DNA of 64,000 bases from NCBI GenBank assembly GCA_947648495.1, contig CANSOA010000004.1:7948-71947 (forward strand), written 5' to 3'. Positions 21,836-33,204 of this stretch are shown piece after piece. A model generated the notes under the pieces. It saw only the letters and a program-made list of their open reading frames with translations, had not been told where the DNA came from and searched no databases. Made by a program: the position numbers and the translations under genes. Source of the stretch: an uncultured Clostridium sp. GTDB lineage: Bacteria > Bacillota > Clostridia > TANB77 > CAG-508. The first letter of the stretch is position 1. Each line of letters begins with the position of its first letter.

Positions 21836-24091
21836 TTATGACTCTTTTCTCCTCACAACAACATCTACAATGCTTCCTTCTTCGACCGATTTATCTGCTT
21901 GTGGTTCTTGTGAAACAATGTTTCCCTCTTCTCCTTCAACTTTCAAATTCAAATGATTTTCCTTTAATTTAACTCGTGCTTCATCAATGGTAAGTCCTGT
22001 AACAGCTGGAACGCGAGTTGACATTCTGGTGTCATTTTCGGCTGTATATAAATATATGGTTGAACCTTTATCAAGTGTCACACCAGATTTTGGCATTTGG
22101 TCTGATACCACACTTGTATTTTCATCTCCAGAAATATTTACTTGCACATCAAATCCATACGTTCGCAATATTTCTTTGGCTGACGCAATTGTTTTGGAAG
22201 AAACATTTGGTACAGTTAAAGCGGACTTTTGGTCAGTCACAACATTTTCATCATTTTTTATAATTTCTAAATAAGGCAATACTTCTTTCAAAATATTAGC
22301 GACCACTGGTCCTGCGGTTTGTCCCCCTTGATATGTTTCCCCTTCTGGATCATATAATATCGCTAACACTACAATTTGCGGATTCTCAATTGGTGAAATA
22401 GCAATAAAAGACGCTGTATAACCTGCCTCCTCATGTCCAGCAGTTGGCTCAGACGTACCACTTTTTCCACCAATGCTGTATCCTTCAACTCCTGCACGCT
22501 TTCCTGTTCCTTGCACAACAACTGATTTCATCATATCTTTTATTTTTTCAGAAGTCTCTTTTGATACAACTTGTCTTATTTCTTTATTTTCTTGTACGTC
22601 AATTACACCAGTATCCGAATTCTCAATTTGTTTAACAATTTTGGGTTGTACCAATACGCCATCATTAGCAACACTTGAAACTGCCGTAATTAATTGCAAT
22701 GGTGATATTTCAAATCGTTGCCCAAACGAAATCGTAGCAAGTTCCACTTTTCCGACACTTTGCAATTTATGAAAAACCGAAGGATACGTTTTGGCAATAT
22801 CACTTCCCATCGTATCAAACAAACCAAATGCTTTATAATATTTATATAATGTACTTGCTCCAATGCGTTGCCCTAATTGCATAAAAGCTGGATTGCAGGA
22901 ATTGCATAACGCTTCACGCAAAGACTGCCAACCATGTGGTTCTGCTCTCCAACAAGAAATATTTTTATCTTCTACTTGATATGAACCTGTGCACATAAAA
23001 TCTCCTTGTGTATCAGTTTGCACAAGATTTTCCTCTAAAGCTACTGCAGATGTAATAATTTTGAATGTCGAACCGGGTTCATATAATTTGGAAACCGATT
23101 TGTTCAGCCACAATTTATTATAAGCTGTATTTTTTTGTTCTCTTGTATACGTGTCCCACAACTGCGCTTCTCCCGTTGGTTCAACAGCAAATGGATCATT
23201 TAAATTATAATCTGGATATGTTGCCATAGCCAAAATTTCCCCATTTTGCGGATTCATAACAATCACATTTCCTCCGCCAGAGCATGAATTTTGCTCAACT
23301 GCCTGTTTTAAGTATTTTTCAACAATTTGCTGAATGGTAATGTCAATGGTCAAATAAATATTGCTTCCGTTTTCTACTGGAACATATTGTTCTGTCTCAT
23401 CAGAAATCGCGTTTTTGTGAACATCTTGAACAGTAACTATTTTTCCAGCTGTTCCTGTTAAAGTTTTATCCCAACGTTCTTCAATTCCAATCATTCCGCT
23501 ATTGTCGTCCCCGCAAATTCCAATCAAATTCGATGCTAAATTCTGATATGGATAATATCTTTTGCTGTCTTCATCAATATTAATTCCCGTCGTAATTTTT
23601 TGGTCAGAAAGCCAAGTTTTTAGGTTTTTGGTCTTTTCTTGTTCTACTTTTTTGGCAACCACCACAACAGAGGATTTCGTATTAATTTTTTCTAAAACCT
23701 CATTGTAATCCAATCCCAAATTCTCAGCCAATCCTTGTGCAATCAATTCATTTTCGACAATTTTTCCATTTGTATAACAAACTTTTCCCGGATTTAAAGA
23801 AATCGTATCAACAGGAACGCTTCTTGCCAATATATTTCCATTAACATCATAAATAATGCCTCTTTTAGGACTTAAAATCTGATTTTTCATCTGCTGATTA
23901 TAGGCACTTTCGCTATATTCCTTCCCATGCACAAATATAACTCTTCCTAAATTGCATACAATTATCACAAAAAATATTGTTGAAACAGAAGCTGTTATCA
24001 GCAATTTCCTGTTTGTACTTTTTTTATCTTTACTCTTTTTGGGCTTTTTTTTCTTTTCAATTTTTGGTTTTTTTATATCAATCACCACCAA
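21836..24091 (-). CDS. Class B penicillin-binding protein with two PASTA domains (SpoVD/FtsI-like)
   Basis: EPGSTFK, SCN, KSGT motifs; C-terminal PASTA repeats. Confidence 0.9.
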   Translation of the reverse strand: MVVIDIKKPKIEKKKKPKKSKDKKSTNRKLLITASVSTIFFVIIVCNLGRVIFVHGKEYSESAYNQQMKNQILSPKRGIIYDVNGNILARSVPVDTISLNPGKVCYTNGKIVENELIAQGLAENLGLDYNEVLEKINTKSSVVVVAKKVEQEKTKNLKTWLSDQKITTGINIDEDSKRYYPYQNLASNLIGICGDDNSGMIGIEERWDKTLTGTAGKIVTVQDVHKNAISDETEQYVPVENGSNIYLTIDITIQQIVEKYLKQAVEQNSCSGGGNVIVMNPQNGEILAMATYPDYNLNDPFAVEPTGEAQLWDTYTREQKNTAYNKLWLNKSVSKLYEPGSTFKIITSAVALEENLVQTDTQGDFMCTGSYQVEDKNISCWRAEPHGWQSLREALCNSCNPAFMQLGQRIGASTLYKYYKAFGLFDTMGSDIAKTYPSVFHKLQSVGKVELATISFGQRFEISPLQLITAVSSVANDGVLVQPKIVKQIENSDTGVIDVQENKEIRQVVSKETSEKIKDMMKSVVVQGTGKRAGVEGYSIGGKSGTSEPTAGHEEAGYTASFIAISPIENPQIVVLAILYDPEGETYQGGQTAGPVVANILKEVLPYLEIIKNDENVVTDQKSALTVPNVSSKTIASAKEILRTYGFDVQVNISGDENTSVVSDQMPKSGVTLDKGSTIYLYTAENDTRMSTRVPAVTGLTIDEARVKLKENHLNLKVEGEEGNIVSQEPQADKSVEEGSIVDVVVRRKES

Positions 24092-24097
24092 TTTTCT

Positions 24098-24838
24098 TTA
24101 TTTAAAAATCGACTTTATGCTATCAATGATTCCTTTAAACATAGAAAACATAATATCTGCTAAATATTTAACGACAAAATTTGTGTGATATAAATCGGTT
24201 AATGTTTGTCGCACAAATGGAATATGCCAAAGAATAAATAAGGCAATCACAACGCCTATCATAGAAATCAGTAACCTTTTTACTCGAAGCCAGGTCCATG
24301 GATATTTTACTTTGTAACCCTGTCGTTGTAAATATTCTCCATAAGCATTAATTTCCATTTCTCGTTTTAATTCTTGTTCTTTTTTTGCTTGTCTTTTCTT
24401 TTTTCGTTCTTGTTTTTTTCTCTGTTTTTCTAACTGTTCCTGCCTTAACTGTTTTTCTTGTCTTTGTTGGTCTACCTTTTGCTTTAATTCTCGTACACTT
24501 TGAAATTGAATCGCTTGATTAATTTGATTTTGAATTTCTTGCTTAATTTCATTTTCTTCCAGTTGAGAAGATTCTTCTTCAACTGTTTGTTCTGTTTTGG
24601 GTTGTATGTTTTGTAATAACTCATCAGCTCGTTTGGTTGCCAAATCAGCATCATACTTTTTTCGTTTTTCAGAATCCGATAAAATTCCATAGGCAATTTT
24701 GATTCTGCGAACCTGCTCTATGATTTTCTGATTTTGGGGCAAAGAATCTGCTTTTTTTAGTAAGTTATCATAGGCTTGTTTTATTTCATCTTGGGTCGCA
24801 TTTTCTTTTACTTTAAATAAATCATATAATGTATTCAA
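24098..24838 (-). CDS. J-domain-like membrane protein lacking HPD
   Basis: LY....V...AT..EIK.AY..L and AY.ILSD..KR..YD; C-terminal TM. Confidence 0.7.
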   Translation of the reverse strand: MNTLYDLFKVKENATQDEIKQAYDNLLKKADSLPQNQKIIEQVRRIKIAYGILSDSEKRKKYDADLATKRADELLQNIQPKTEQTVEEESSQLEENEIKQEIQNQINQAIQFQSVRELKQKVDQQRQEKQLRQEQLEKQRKKQERKKKRQAKKEQELKREMEINAYGEYLQRQGYKVKYPWTWLRVKRLLISMIGVVIALFILWHIPFVRQTLTDLYHTNFVVKYLADIMFSMFKGIIDSIKSIFK

Positions 24839-24862
24839 ACTTTTTCTCCTTTGAAATTATGC

Positions 24863-25417
24863 TTATATATCAAAAAAATACGTTGCCTCTAGGTCCGCTT
24901 CATGTACCAATAAAGCAAGTGGAAATTTTTTGAAAGCTTGTCCTAAAGCATTGTAACTTTCTTTCGGCTCAGTAAATCCCATGTGCCAACGAATACAATA
25001 CTTTTCTTCCCCCGTTAATTTGATATATTCTGTAATCATCATAACACTTTTTTCTCCATGTCCATATGGAATGGTATCTTCGATGGTATAATAAGGAACT
25101 TTTTCCCATTCTCCAAAAGAATTTTTAGCATTTCTATAATCGACCTTATAAAAATTCACCTTGCAAATATCATGCAATAAAGCAATTAAAATCAAACTTT
25201 CTTCTAATACATTAATTTCCACACAAGCGTTTTTAACTTTTTGAGTTAAAATTTCATAAACTTTCATACTATGTTCCAAAAGTCCACCCTCATAAGCTCC
25301 ATGATATCGCGTACTAGCTGGTGCCTTAAAAAAATCACTTTTTTCAATAAACTCAATCAATTTGTTCATTCCCTCTCGATTCACACTTTTTAATAATTCC
25401 AAAAATTTTTCTTTCAT
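24863..25417 (-). CDS. HD-domain phosphohydrolase
   Basis: APAS..YH....GGL.EHS, LLHDICK, HGEKS, RWHMG, AD. Confidence 0.85.
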   Translation of the reverse strand: MKEKFLELLKSVNREGMNKLIEFIEKSDFFKAPASTRYHGAYEGGLLEHSMKVYEILTQKVKNACVEINVLEESLILIALLHDICKVNFYKVDYRNAKNSFGEWEKVPYYTIEDTIPYGHGEKSVMMITEYIKLTGEEKYCIRWHMGFTEPKESYNALGQAFKKFPLALLVHEADLEATYFFDI

Positions 25418-25534
25418 TTTTTCCCCTTCTTTTTCCATTTGGGAATATTTTATCATATGTCTTTAGTTTATACAATATAATTTGAAATTTTTCTTTTCAT
25501 ATGATATACTTATTGTATGAAAGGAATTTATAAA

Positions 25535-26389
25535 ATGAATCTAATACAAGAAACCAAATTTTTAATGAAAAAATATCATATTACAGCGAACAAAAATTAT
25601 GGGCAAAACTTTTTGATTGATGAAAAGATTGTTGAAGCAATTACCGAATCAGCCAATATTTCCAAAGATGATGTCATTATCGAAATTGGTCCAGGTTTGG
25701 GAACTCTAACTGCTCGTTTACTTGAAAAAGCAGGAAAAGTCATTTGCATTGAACTTGATCCAAAAATGTTGGATATTTTAAATGACCGTTTTACCTTTTA
25801 TTCTAATTTTGAATTAATCAATGACGATGTTTTAAAAGTAGATTTAAAAGCCATTCTAATGGAAAATTTAAAACGATACAAATCTGCAAAAGTCGTGGCA
25901 AATTTACCTTATTATATTACCACTCCCATTATCATGAAACTGCTAGAAGATAAATTAAATTTAGAAAGCATCACTGTTATGGTACAAAAAGAAGTCGCAG
26001 AACGCTTGACGCAAAAACCTGGCGGAAAAAATTGCGGTGCCATCACATATCGCATTCATTATCATACAGAACCCAAATTAGTAATTTCTGTACCAAATTC
26101 CTCTTTTATTCCTTCACCCAAAGTAGATTCAAGTGTTATCCAATTACAATTACTTAATTCGCCTCATGTTTGTCCACACAATGAAGACTTATTTTTTCAA
26201 ATCATCAAAACTGCTTTTTTGCAAAAGCGAAAAACTTTGATTAACACATTATTAATTGGGAAATTCGGAAACCGCGAATTCTTAGAAAAAATGCTAACTT
26301 CGCTTCATTTAGATTTAAAAATACGCGGTGAAAATCTAACCTTAGAGCAATTTAGACAAATTGCGGATTATCTTTATGAAAATGATTGA
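25535..26389 (+). CDS. rsmA: 16S rRNA m6,2A1518/1519 dimethyltransferase
   Basis: GQNFL, EIGPGLG, ANLPYYITTP, F.P.PKVDS. Confidence 0.95.
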   Translation: MNLIQETKFLMKKYHITANKNYGQNFLIDEKIVEAITESANISKDDVIIEIGPGLGTLTARLLEKAGKVICIELDPKMLDILNDRFTFYSNFELINDDVLKVDLKAILMENLKRYKSAKVVANLPYYITTPIIMKLLEDKLNLESITVMVQKEVAERLTQKPGGKNCGAITYRIHYHTEPKLVISVPNSSFIPSPKVDSSVIQLQLLNSPHVCPHNEDLFFQIIKTAFLQKRKTLINTLLIGKFGNREFLEKMLTSLHLDLKIRGENLTLEQFRQIADYLYEND

Positions 26390-26471
26390 TAAAAAAGGGC
26401 TCCATATACTGTATACTAAAACAAAAAAGACCGCTCTTTAGCGATCCATTTTAGATTCTGTTCTACTAATA

Positions 26472-26711
26472 TTAAACATTTTCTTTAATATATTCAACAA
26501 CATCACTTACAGCTACAACTTTTTCTGCATCTGTATCAGGAATTTCAATATCAAATTCTTCTTCTAAAGCCATTACTAATTCAACGATGTCTAAAGAATC
26601 TGCACCTAAATCATCAATAAAAGATGCTTCCATTGTTACTGCACTATCTGTTACTCCCAATTGCTCAACAATAATAGCTTTTACTTTTTCAAAAACTTCC
26701 TCACTGCTCAT
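26472..26711 (-). CDS. acpP: Acyl carrier protein
   Basis: [14 protein letters not shown]. Confidence 0.97.
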   Translation of the reverse strand: MSSEEVFEKVKAIIVEQLGVTDSAVTMEASFIDDLGADSLDIVELVMALEEEFDIEIPDTDAEKVVAVSDVVEYIKENV

Positions 26712-26796
26712 TTATAATCCTCCTTTTTAATTTTAAATAATTTCAATTTTATAATCTAGTTTTACTATATGTCTTTCAAAATGTCAAGTACTTATT

Positions 26797-27816
26797 TCAT
26801 TTTTTTTGAAATTCTTCCATCATTTTTTCAACCGACTTACTTTTTACAAATTCCTCAGCCTGCTTCAAAGTAGTATAGAACAAGAACTCATCACTACTTC
26901 CATGTGCTTTTACAACTGGTTTTTTTACTCCTAAAAATAAAGCTCCGCCATATTCTTTATAATCTGTCATTTTTTTAAATTGATTAATAGCTGGCAAACA
27001 TGGCACTGTTGCAATGGTTCTTAATATATTTTTCGTCAAACTTTCTGTTAAAGAAACTTTGACCAATTTTCCAACACCTTCTACTGTTTTTAAAAATACA
27101 TTTCCAGTAAAACCATCTGTTATCACACTATCTACTTCACCTGAGAAACAATCTCTACCTTCTACATTTCCGATGAAATTCAAACCATAACTTTTAGCAT
27201 TTTCCTTCAATAAAGTATATGTTTCTTTCATCAAATCGTTACCCTTCGTCTCTTCTGTTCCAATATTTAATAAGCCGATTCGTGGATTTTCTAAGCCTAA
27301 TGTATTTTTTAAATAAATATTAGACATTTGCGCAAATTGGATTAAATTTAATGGTTTGCAATTAGTATTTGCCCCCGCATCCATCAGCAAAAATCTTCCA
27401 TGATAGGCCGGCAAAATTGGCGCAATAGCTGGTCGATCAATCCCTTTAATGCGTCCAATCAATAATGTAGCACCTGTCAATAGGGCGCCTGAGTTTCCTG
27501 CCGAAATAAAAACGTCACCTTCTCCATTTTTTAGCATATTAAATCCCACAACCATTGAAGAATCCTTTTTCCCTCGAATTGCCTGTGTTGGAATATCTTC
27601 CATTTCGATTTTTTCAGTCGTATGACGAATTGTAATTTTATTTGAAACTTCATTTATATTTTCTTTCCCATAAAATTCTTTAACCTTTTGGTTAATGACA
27701 TTTTCGTCACCTGTCAAGATAATCTCTGACTCGATTTCTTTAGAAGCCTGCACGGCACCTTTTATATTTGCATCTGGGCTATTGTCACCACCCATTGCAT
27801 CTAAAATAATTTTCAT
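26797..27816 (-). CDS. plsX: Phosphate acyltransferase PlsX
   Basis: DAMGGD, SAGNSGA, DAGAN, DGFTGNV.LK, KAHGSS; start set at MKIILD. Confidence 0.95.
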   Translation of the reverse strand: MKIILDAMGGDNSPDANIKGAVQASKEIESEIILTGDENVINQKVKEFYGKENINEVSNKITIRHTTEKIEMEDIPTQAIRGKKDSSMVVGFNMLKNGEGDVFISAGNSGALLTGATLLIGRIKGIDRPAIAPILPAYHGRFLLMDAGANTNCKPLNLIQFAQMSNIYLKNTLGLENPRIGLLNIGTEETKGNDLMKETYTLLKENAKSYGLNFIGNVEGRDCFSGEVDSVITDGFTGNVFLKTVEGVGKLVKVSLTESLTKNILRTIATVPCLPAINQFKKMTDYKEYGGALFLGVKKPVVKAHGSSDEFLFYTTLKQAEEFVKSKSVEKMMEEFQKK

Positions 27817-27949
27817 GTCTTTTGTCCCTCCCAAGATTATTTTATTATGGTTTGTTTTAGACATTACTATTTTATTATAAATTATGAAAAAATCAAGAGT
27901 TTTTTTTGATTTTGTGAAAAATCTAATAATATATACCACTCTCAATTCC

Positions 27950-27978
27950 TTGACAATTTTATGTAAATATAGTATAAT
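27950..27978 (+). promoter_or_regulatory. Consensus sigma-A promoter
   Basis: TTGACA (27950-27955), 17-bp spacer, TATAAT (27973-27978). Confidence 0.8.
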
Positions 27979-27986
27979 ATAGATAT

Positions 27987-28085
27987 ATGATTAATCTCCA
28001 AGAGCCAACCCTTATAAAACTGACATCTGGAGAAGAACTCTATGCATTGGAAAGTGTTGAACTTCTTTACAGTCAATTAAAATAA
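27987..28085 (+). CDS. Candidate 32-aa leaderless small protein (or sRNA)
   Basis: MINLQEPTLIKLTSGEELYALESVELLYSQLK*, between a perfect promoter and a gcacc-ttt-gggtgc-T-run terminator. Confidence 0.45.
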   Translation: MINLQEPTLIKLTSGEELYALESVELLYSQLK

Positions 28086-28130
28086 GTCCTTTTTCCTGAC
28101 CTTGCACCTTTGGGTGCTTTTTTATACAAC

Positions 28131-28158
28131 AAAAAACGGTTCTCACGAACCGTTTTTT
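28131..28158. terminator. tuf terminator (bidirectional)
   Basis: aaaaaacggttc-tcac-gaaccgtttttt. Confidence 0.8.
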
Positions 28159-28169
28159 AATTATATTTC

Positions 28170-29372
28170 TTACTCAACAATATCAGAAACAACTCCAGAC
28201 CCTACTGTTCTACCACCTTCACGGATAGCAAATCTTAGTCCTTTTTCGATTGCAATTGGTGTAATAAGTTCGATTGTCATTGCAATGTTCTCACCTGGCA
28301 TAACCATTTCTGTTCCTGCAGGTAATTCAATAACACCTGTAACGTCTGTTGTTCTGAAATAGAATTGTGGTCTATATCCATTAAAGAATGGAGTATGTCT
28401 TCCACCTTCTTCTTTTTTCAAGATGTAAACTTCTGATTTAAATTTTGTATGAGGATTGATTGTTCCTGGTTTAGCAATTACTTGACCTCTTTCAATATCT
28501 TTTCTGTCAATACCTCTTAAAAGAAGACCAATGTTATCACCAGCTTCTGCTTGGTCTAACAATTTTCTAAACATTTCAACACCTGTAACAACAGTTTTTT
28601 GTCTTTCTGCTCTAATACCAACGATTTCAACTTCGTCTTGCATTTTAACAATTCCTCTTTCAACTCTACCAGTAGCAACTGTTCCACGTCCTGTAATTGT
28701 AAATACGTCTTCCACTGGCATTAAGAATGGTTGATCAACTGGTCTTTCTGGTGTTGGGATATAACTATCAACAGCTTCCATTAATTCTTTCATTGGAGCA
28801 TATTCTGGAGCATTTGGGTCTGTTGATGAACTTTCTAATACTTTTAATGATGAACCTTTGATGAATGGAATATCATCACCTGGGAAATCATATTCTGATA
28901 ATAATTCTCTTAATTCCATTTCAACTAATTCAACTAATTCTGGGTCGTCAACCATATCGCATTTATTTAAGTAAACAACGATATATTTAACACCAACTTG
29001 TCTTGCAAGCAAGATATGCTCTCTTGTTTGAGGCATTGCACCATCTGCTGCAGAAACAACTAAGATTGCTCCGTCCATTTGAGCAGCACCTGTAATCATG
29101 TTTTTAACATAATCTGCGTGTCCTGGACAGTCAACGTGTGCATAGTGTCTATTTTCTGTTTCATATTCTACGTGAGCTGTGTTGATTGTAATTCCTCTTG
29201 CTTGTTCTTCTGGCGCTCCGTCAATTTTGTCATATGCTGAAAATTCAGCTTTTCCTAATAAATTTAAATATTTTGTGATAGCAGCTGTTGTTGTTGTTTT
29301 TCCATGGTCAACGTGACCGATTGTACCAATGTTAACATGTGGTTTTGTTCTTTCAAATTTAGCTTTTGCCAT
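28170..29372 (-). CDS. tuf: Elongation factor Tu
   Basis: [24 protein letters not shown]. Confidence 0.99.
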   Translation of the reverse strand: MAKAKFERTKPHVNIGTIGHVDHGKTTTTAAITKYLNLLGKAEFSAYDKIDGAPEEQARGITINTAHVEYETENRHYAHVDCPGHADYVKNMITGAAQMDGAILVVSAADGAMPQTREHILLARQVGVKYIVVYLNKCDMVDDPELVELVEMELRELLSEYDFPGDDIPFIKGSSLKVLESSSTDPNAPEYAPMKELMEAVDSYIPTPERPVDQPFLMPVEDVFTITGRGTVATGRVERGIVKMQDEVEIVGIRAERQKTVVTGVEMFRKLLDQAEAGDNIGLLLRGIDRKDIERGQVIAKPGTINPHTKFKSEVYILKKEEGGRHTPFFNGYRPQFYFRTTDVTGVIELPAGTEMVMPGENIAMTIELITPIAIEKGLRFAIREGGRTVGSGVVSDIVE

Positions 29373-29498
29373 TTTTGATTCCTTCCTTTCTTGAAGTAGC
29401 TTTCCTACTTCCTTTAATTTTTTATTTTAGTTAAATGCATTTTACACTAATTTTTTATAAAATGCAAGACCTAATTTGAATTTTTTTCAAATTCTTAC

Positions 29499-29591
29499 AT
29501 TGTAGGGGCGATTATCAATCGCCTGTGTTACGGAGAAATAATTTTTAATCACTCGTGTTATCAGCGGGCGATTGATAATCGCCCCTACAAT
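29499..29591. repeat. REP doublet (REPIN-like): 25-bp perfect inverted repeat
   Basis: attgtaggggcgattatcaatcgcc (29499-29523) and its reverse complement (29567-29591). Confidence 0.75.
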
Positions 29592-29592
29592 T

Positions 29593-31677
29593 TTAATCTT
29601 CTTTTTTGGTTCTAGTTGCAACAATATTATCCAAAATTGATTTTGGCACTTCGTCATAATGCGATGGTTCCATTGAATAAGTTCCTCTACCTTGCGTTTT
29701 TGAACGTAAATCGGTTGCATAACCAAACATTTCAGAAAGTGGAATAAATGCATGAATTTCTTGCATTCCATCTTCTCCGTCCATACCTTCCATTCTTCCA
29801 CGTCTTGAGTTTACATCTCCAATAACGTCTCCCATGTATTCTTCTGGAACTGTAATTTCAACTTTCATAATTGGCTCTAAAATAACAGATTTTGCTTGAC
29901 GACATCCTTCTTTAAAGGCCATAGAACCAGCAATTTTGAACGCCATTTCAGATGAATCGACATCGTGATAAGAACCGTCTACTAATGTTGCTTTAAAGTC
30001 AATAACTGGATATCCTGCAAGTGTACCACTTTCTGCAGCCTCACGAATTCCTTCTTCAGTTGGTTTGATGTATTCTTTTGGAACTACACCACCTACAATT
30101 TTGCTCTCAAACTCAATTCCTGAACCTGGTTCTAATGGTTCCATTTCAATCCAAACATGACCATATTGACCACGTCCACCAGATTGACGAATAAATTTTC
30201 CTTCCACACGAACTGGTTTACGGATGGTTTCTTTGTAAGCTACCTGTGGTTTACCAACATTACATTCTACTTTGAATTCTCTTTTTAATCTATCAACAAT
30301 AATATCCAAATGAAGCTCACCCATACCAGCAATAATGGTTTGCCCAGTTTCTTGATTCGTGTAAGTTTTAAAAGTTGGGTCCTCTTCTGCTAATTTTGCT
30401 AACGCAATTCCCATTTTCTCTTGAGCTGCTTTATCTTTTGGCTCAATCGCAATATCGATAACTGGCTCTGGGAATTCCATTGATTCTAGGATAATTGGAT
30501 GAGCAGGGTCGCACAACGTGTTTCCTGTTGTAACATCTTTTAATCCTACAGCAGCAGCAATATCTCCAGCATATACTTTGTCAATATCTTCTCTGTGGTT
30601 TGAGTGCATTTGAAGAATTCTACCAATTCTTTCTTTTTTGTCTTTGCTTGAGTTTAACACAGTTGAACCTGATTCTAAGGTTCCCGAATAAACTCTAAAG
30701 AAACATAATTTTCCAACAAATGGGTCTGTTGCAATTTTGAAAGCCAAAGCTGCAAATGGCTCTGTATCAGAAGTTTTCGCTTCTGTTTCTTCACCTTCTA
30801 AAGTTTCCCCTTTAATGTGAGCAATATCGGTTGGTGCAGGCATGTAGTCAACAACGGCATCTAATAATTCTTGCACACCTTTGTTTTTATAAGAAGAACC
30901 ACATGTTACAGGAACAATTTTGTTCGCGATTGTTCCTAAACGTAATCCTTTTTTGATTTCTTCTTCGGAAAGTTCCTCTCCTTCTAAATATTTCATCATT
31001 AATTCTTCATCTTGCTCTGCTACAGATTCAATCATTTTTTCGCGATATTCATTGGCTTGTGTCTTCATATCATCTGGAATATCTGTTTCTTCTACTTCTT
31101 TTCCTAAATCATCTTTATGGATAAAAGCTCTCATTTTTACTAAATCGATAATTCCTTGAAAATTATCTTCTGCTCCAATTGGTAATTGGATTGGAACTGC
31201 GTTTGCTTTTAGACGATTTTTTAATTGGTCGATGCAAAGCATAAAGTTTGCACCAGTAATATCCATTTTGTTTACATATACCATTCTTGGTACACTATAT
31301 TTATCCGCTTGTCTCCAAACTGTTTCTGTTTGTGGTTGAACACCACCTTTGGCAGCAAGTACAGTAACGGCTCCATCAAGAACCTTCAAAGATCTTTGCA
31401 CTTCAACAGTAAAATCAACGTGTCCTGGTGTATCAATAATGTTAATTCTGTTATTGTTCCAGAAACAAGTTGTACAAGCAGAAGTGATCGTGATACCTCT
31501 TTCTTGCTCTTGCGCCATCCAGTCCATCGTCGCTGCTCCTTCATGTGTTTCCCCTATTTTATGAACTTTACCTGTATAAAATAAAATTCTTTCTGTTGTT
31601 GTCGTCTTACCAGCATCAATGTGAGCCATAATTCCTATATTTCTTGTTCTTTCTAATGGGTATTCTCTTCCAGCCAC
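29593..31677 (-). CDS. fusA: Elongation factor G
   Basis: [23 protein letters not shown]. Confidence 0.99.
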   Translation of the reverse strand: MAGREYPLERTRNIGIMAHIDAGKTTTTERILFYTGKVHKIGETHEGAATMDWMAQEQERGITITSACTTCFWNNNRINIIDTPGHVDFTVEVQRSLKVLDGAVTVLAAKGGVQPQTETVWRQADKYSVPRMVYVNKMDITGANFMLCIDQLKNRLKANAVPIQLPIGAEDNFQGIIDLVKMRAFIHKDDLGKEVEETDIPDDMKTQANEYREKMIESVAEQDEELMMKYLEGEELSEEEIKKGLRLGTIANKIVPVTCGSSYKNKGVQELLDAVVDYMPAPTDIAHIKGETLEGEETEAKTSDTEPFAALAFKIATDPFVGKLCFFRVYSGTLESGSTVLNSSKDKKERIGRILQMHSNHREDIDKVYAGDIAAAVGLKDVTTGNTLCDPAHPIILESMEFPEPVIDIAIEPKDKAAQEKMGIALAKLAEEDPTFKTYTNQETGQTIIAGMGELHLDIIVDRLKREFKVECNVGKPQVAYKETIRKPVRVEGKFIRQSGGRGQYGHVWIEMEPLEPGSGIEFESKIVGGVVPKEYIKPTEEGIREAAESGTLAGYPVIDFKATLVDGSYHDVDSSEMAFKIAGSMAFKEGCRQAKSVILEPIMKVEITVPEEYMGDVIGDVNSRRGRMEGMDGEDGMQEIHAFIPLSEMFGYATDLRSKTQGRGTYSMEPSHYDEVPKSILDNIVATRTKKED

Positions 31678-31771
31678 TTTTTTCCCTCCTTTTATTTTTT
31701 AATGAAGTTAAATTGCTTTCACAACTTAACAACTGACGCTATAATTCGCTCACGCTCGAACAGCCTCAGTA

Positions 31772-32242
31772 TTACCATTTATAATGTGCAAAAGCTTTAT
31801 TGGCTTCAGCCATTCTATGAGTATCTTCTTTTTTCTTGAATGCTCCGCCATTTCCAGCAATTGCATCTAAGATTTCACCAGCTAATTTTTCAGACATGGT
31901 TTTTTCGTGTCTTTTTCTCGCATAACCAACTAGCCATCTTAAGCCCAAAGTTTGTCTTCTTTCTGGTCTAATCTCTAGTGGAACTTGATAAGTCGCTCCA
32001 CCTACACGTCTGGCTTTTACTTCTAATACTGGCATAATATTTTCTAGTGCTGCTTCAAACACTTCCAACGCATCTTTGTTCTCTTTTTCTTTGATGATTT
32101 CAAAAGCGTCATAAACAATGCTTTGAGCAACTGTTTTTTTACCATCCAACATAATATTGTTGATTAATTTTGTAACAACTTTACTATTATATAATGGATC
32201 TGGTAAAACTTCTCTTTTTGCGATATATCCTTTTCTTGGCAC
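31772..32242 (-). CDS. rpsG: 30S ribosomal protein S7
   Basis: [27 protein letters not shown]. Confidence 0.99.
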   Translation of the reverse strand: MPRKGYIAKREVLPDPLYNSKVVTKLINNIMLDGKKTVAQSIVYDAFEIIKEKENKDALEVFEAALENIMPVLEVKARRVGGATYQVPLEIRPERRQTLGLRWLVGYARKRHEKTMSEKLAGEILDAIAGNGGAFKKKEDTHRMAEANKAFAHYKW

Positions 32243-32420
32243 TATATTTTCCCTCCTTAAAATATTTAGCGTTTAACCATTTATAACACTAAAAGGTACT
32301 CTGGAAAGAATTTTTCACTTTCCTGTAATAGTGCAATTTATAAAATCTATGTTAAATCAACTTCCATTTTATTTTTTGCACTATTGGCGGACAAATAATT
32401 ATTGTCCTTACGTTTTGACA

Positions 32421-32837
32421 TTATGCTTTTTTTGGTCTTTTAGCTCCGTATTTTGAACGAGCTTGCATTCTGTCTTTTACACCTGCTGTATCTAAGGTTC
32501 CTCTGATGATGTGATATCTCACACCTGGCAAGTCTTTTACCCTTCCACCTCTGATTAATACAACACTGTGTTCTTGCAAATTGTGTCCTACACCTGGAAT
32601 GTATGAAGTAACTTCATATCCATTAGAAAGTTTAACTCTGGCAACTTTTCTTAAAGCTGAGTTTGGTTTTTTAGGTGTTACAGTTTTAACAACCGTACAT
32701 ACACCTCTTTTTTGTGGTGCTCTGTTATCTGTTTGCACTTTTTTTCTTGAGTTATATCCTTTTTGTAATGCAGGAGCTGTTGATTTTGAAGTTGATGATT
32801 TTCTTCCTTTTCTTACTAATTGATTAATAGTTGGCAT
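32421..32837 (-). CDS. rpsL: 30S ribosomal protein S12
   Basis: [31 protein letters not shown]. Confidence 0.99.
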   Translation of the reverse strand: MPTINQLVRKGRKSSTSKSTAPALQKGYNSRKKVQTDNRAPQKRGVCTVVKTVTPKKPNSALRKVARVKLSNGYEVTSYIPGVGHNLQEHSVVLIRGGRVKDLPGVRYHIIRGTLDTAGVKDRMQARSKYGAKRPKKA

Positions 32838-33111
32838 TCTTGTTTTTTCACCTCTTTTCTTTTTAAAAAAATAATACTCTTTAGACTTACGGAAGATTAA
32901 TTTCCAGCTATAAGCGTATAATATTTTATCACCCTTTTTCTAATAAGTCAATGATTTTTGGGAAAATTTTCATAAAAATCTTCCTATTTTTCATTTAAAC
33001 TCTTTATTTCCGTAAGAAAAGCCTAAAAACGCCTTCTTATCTATTCTCAAACCTCATCCAAAATTGCATTTTTGTAAACTCCCACCTTTATATCTTTAAA
33101 ATTTCAAAAAA

Positions 33112-33138
33112 GTAGGGGCGATTATCAATCGCCCCTAC
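33112..33138. repeat. Single REP copy (same family as 29499)
   Basis: gtaggggcgat-tatca-atcgcccctac palindrome. Confidence 0.7.
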
Positions 33139-33204
33139 CATGATATTATATTCTATAAAATCTTGTTTACAAGGTATTTGGGAAAATGTAATAAAATTGT
33201 AATA

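Noticed and set aside
32541-32543. AGG as a second frameshift-trigger codon
   Set aside because: AGG is in frame at conserved Arg in rpsL (GGRVKD) and polC (EIYRRIL, 58122-58124) with no frame change.
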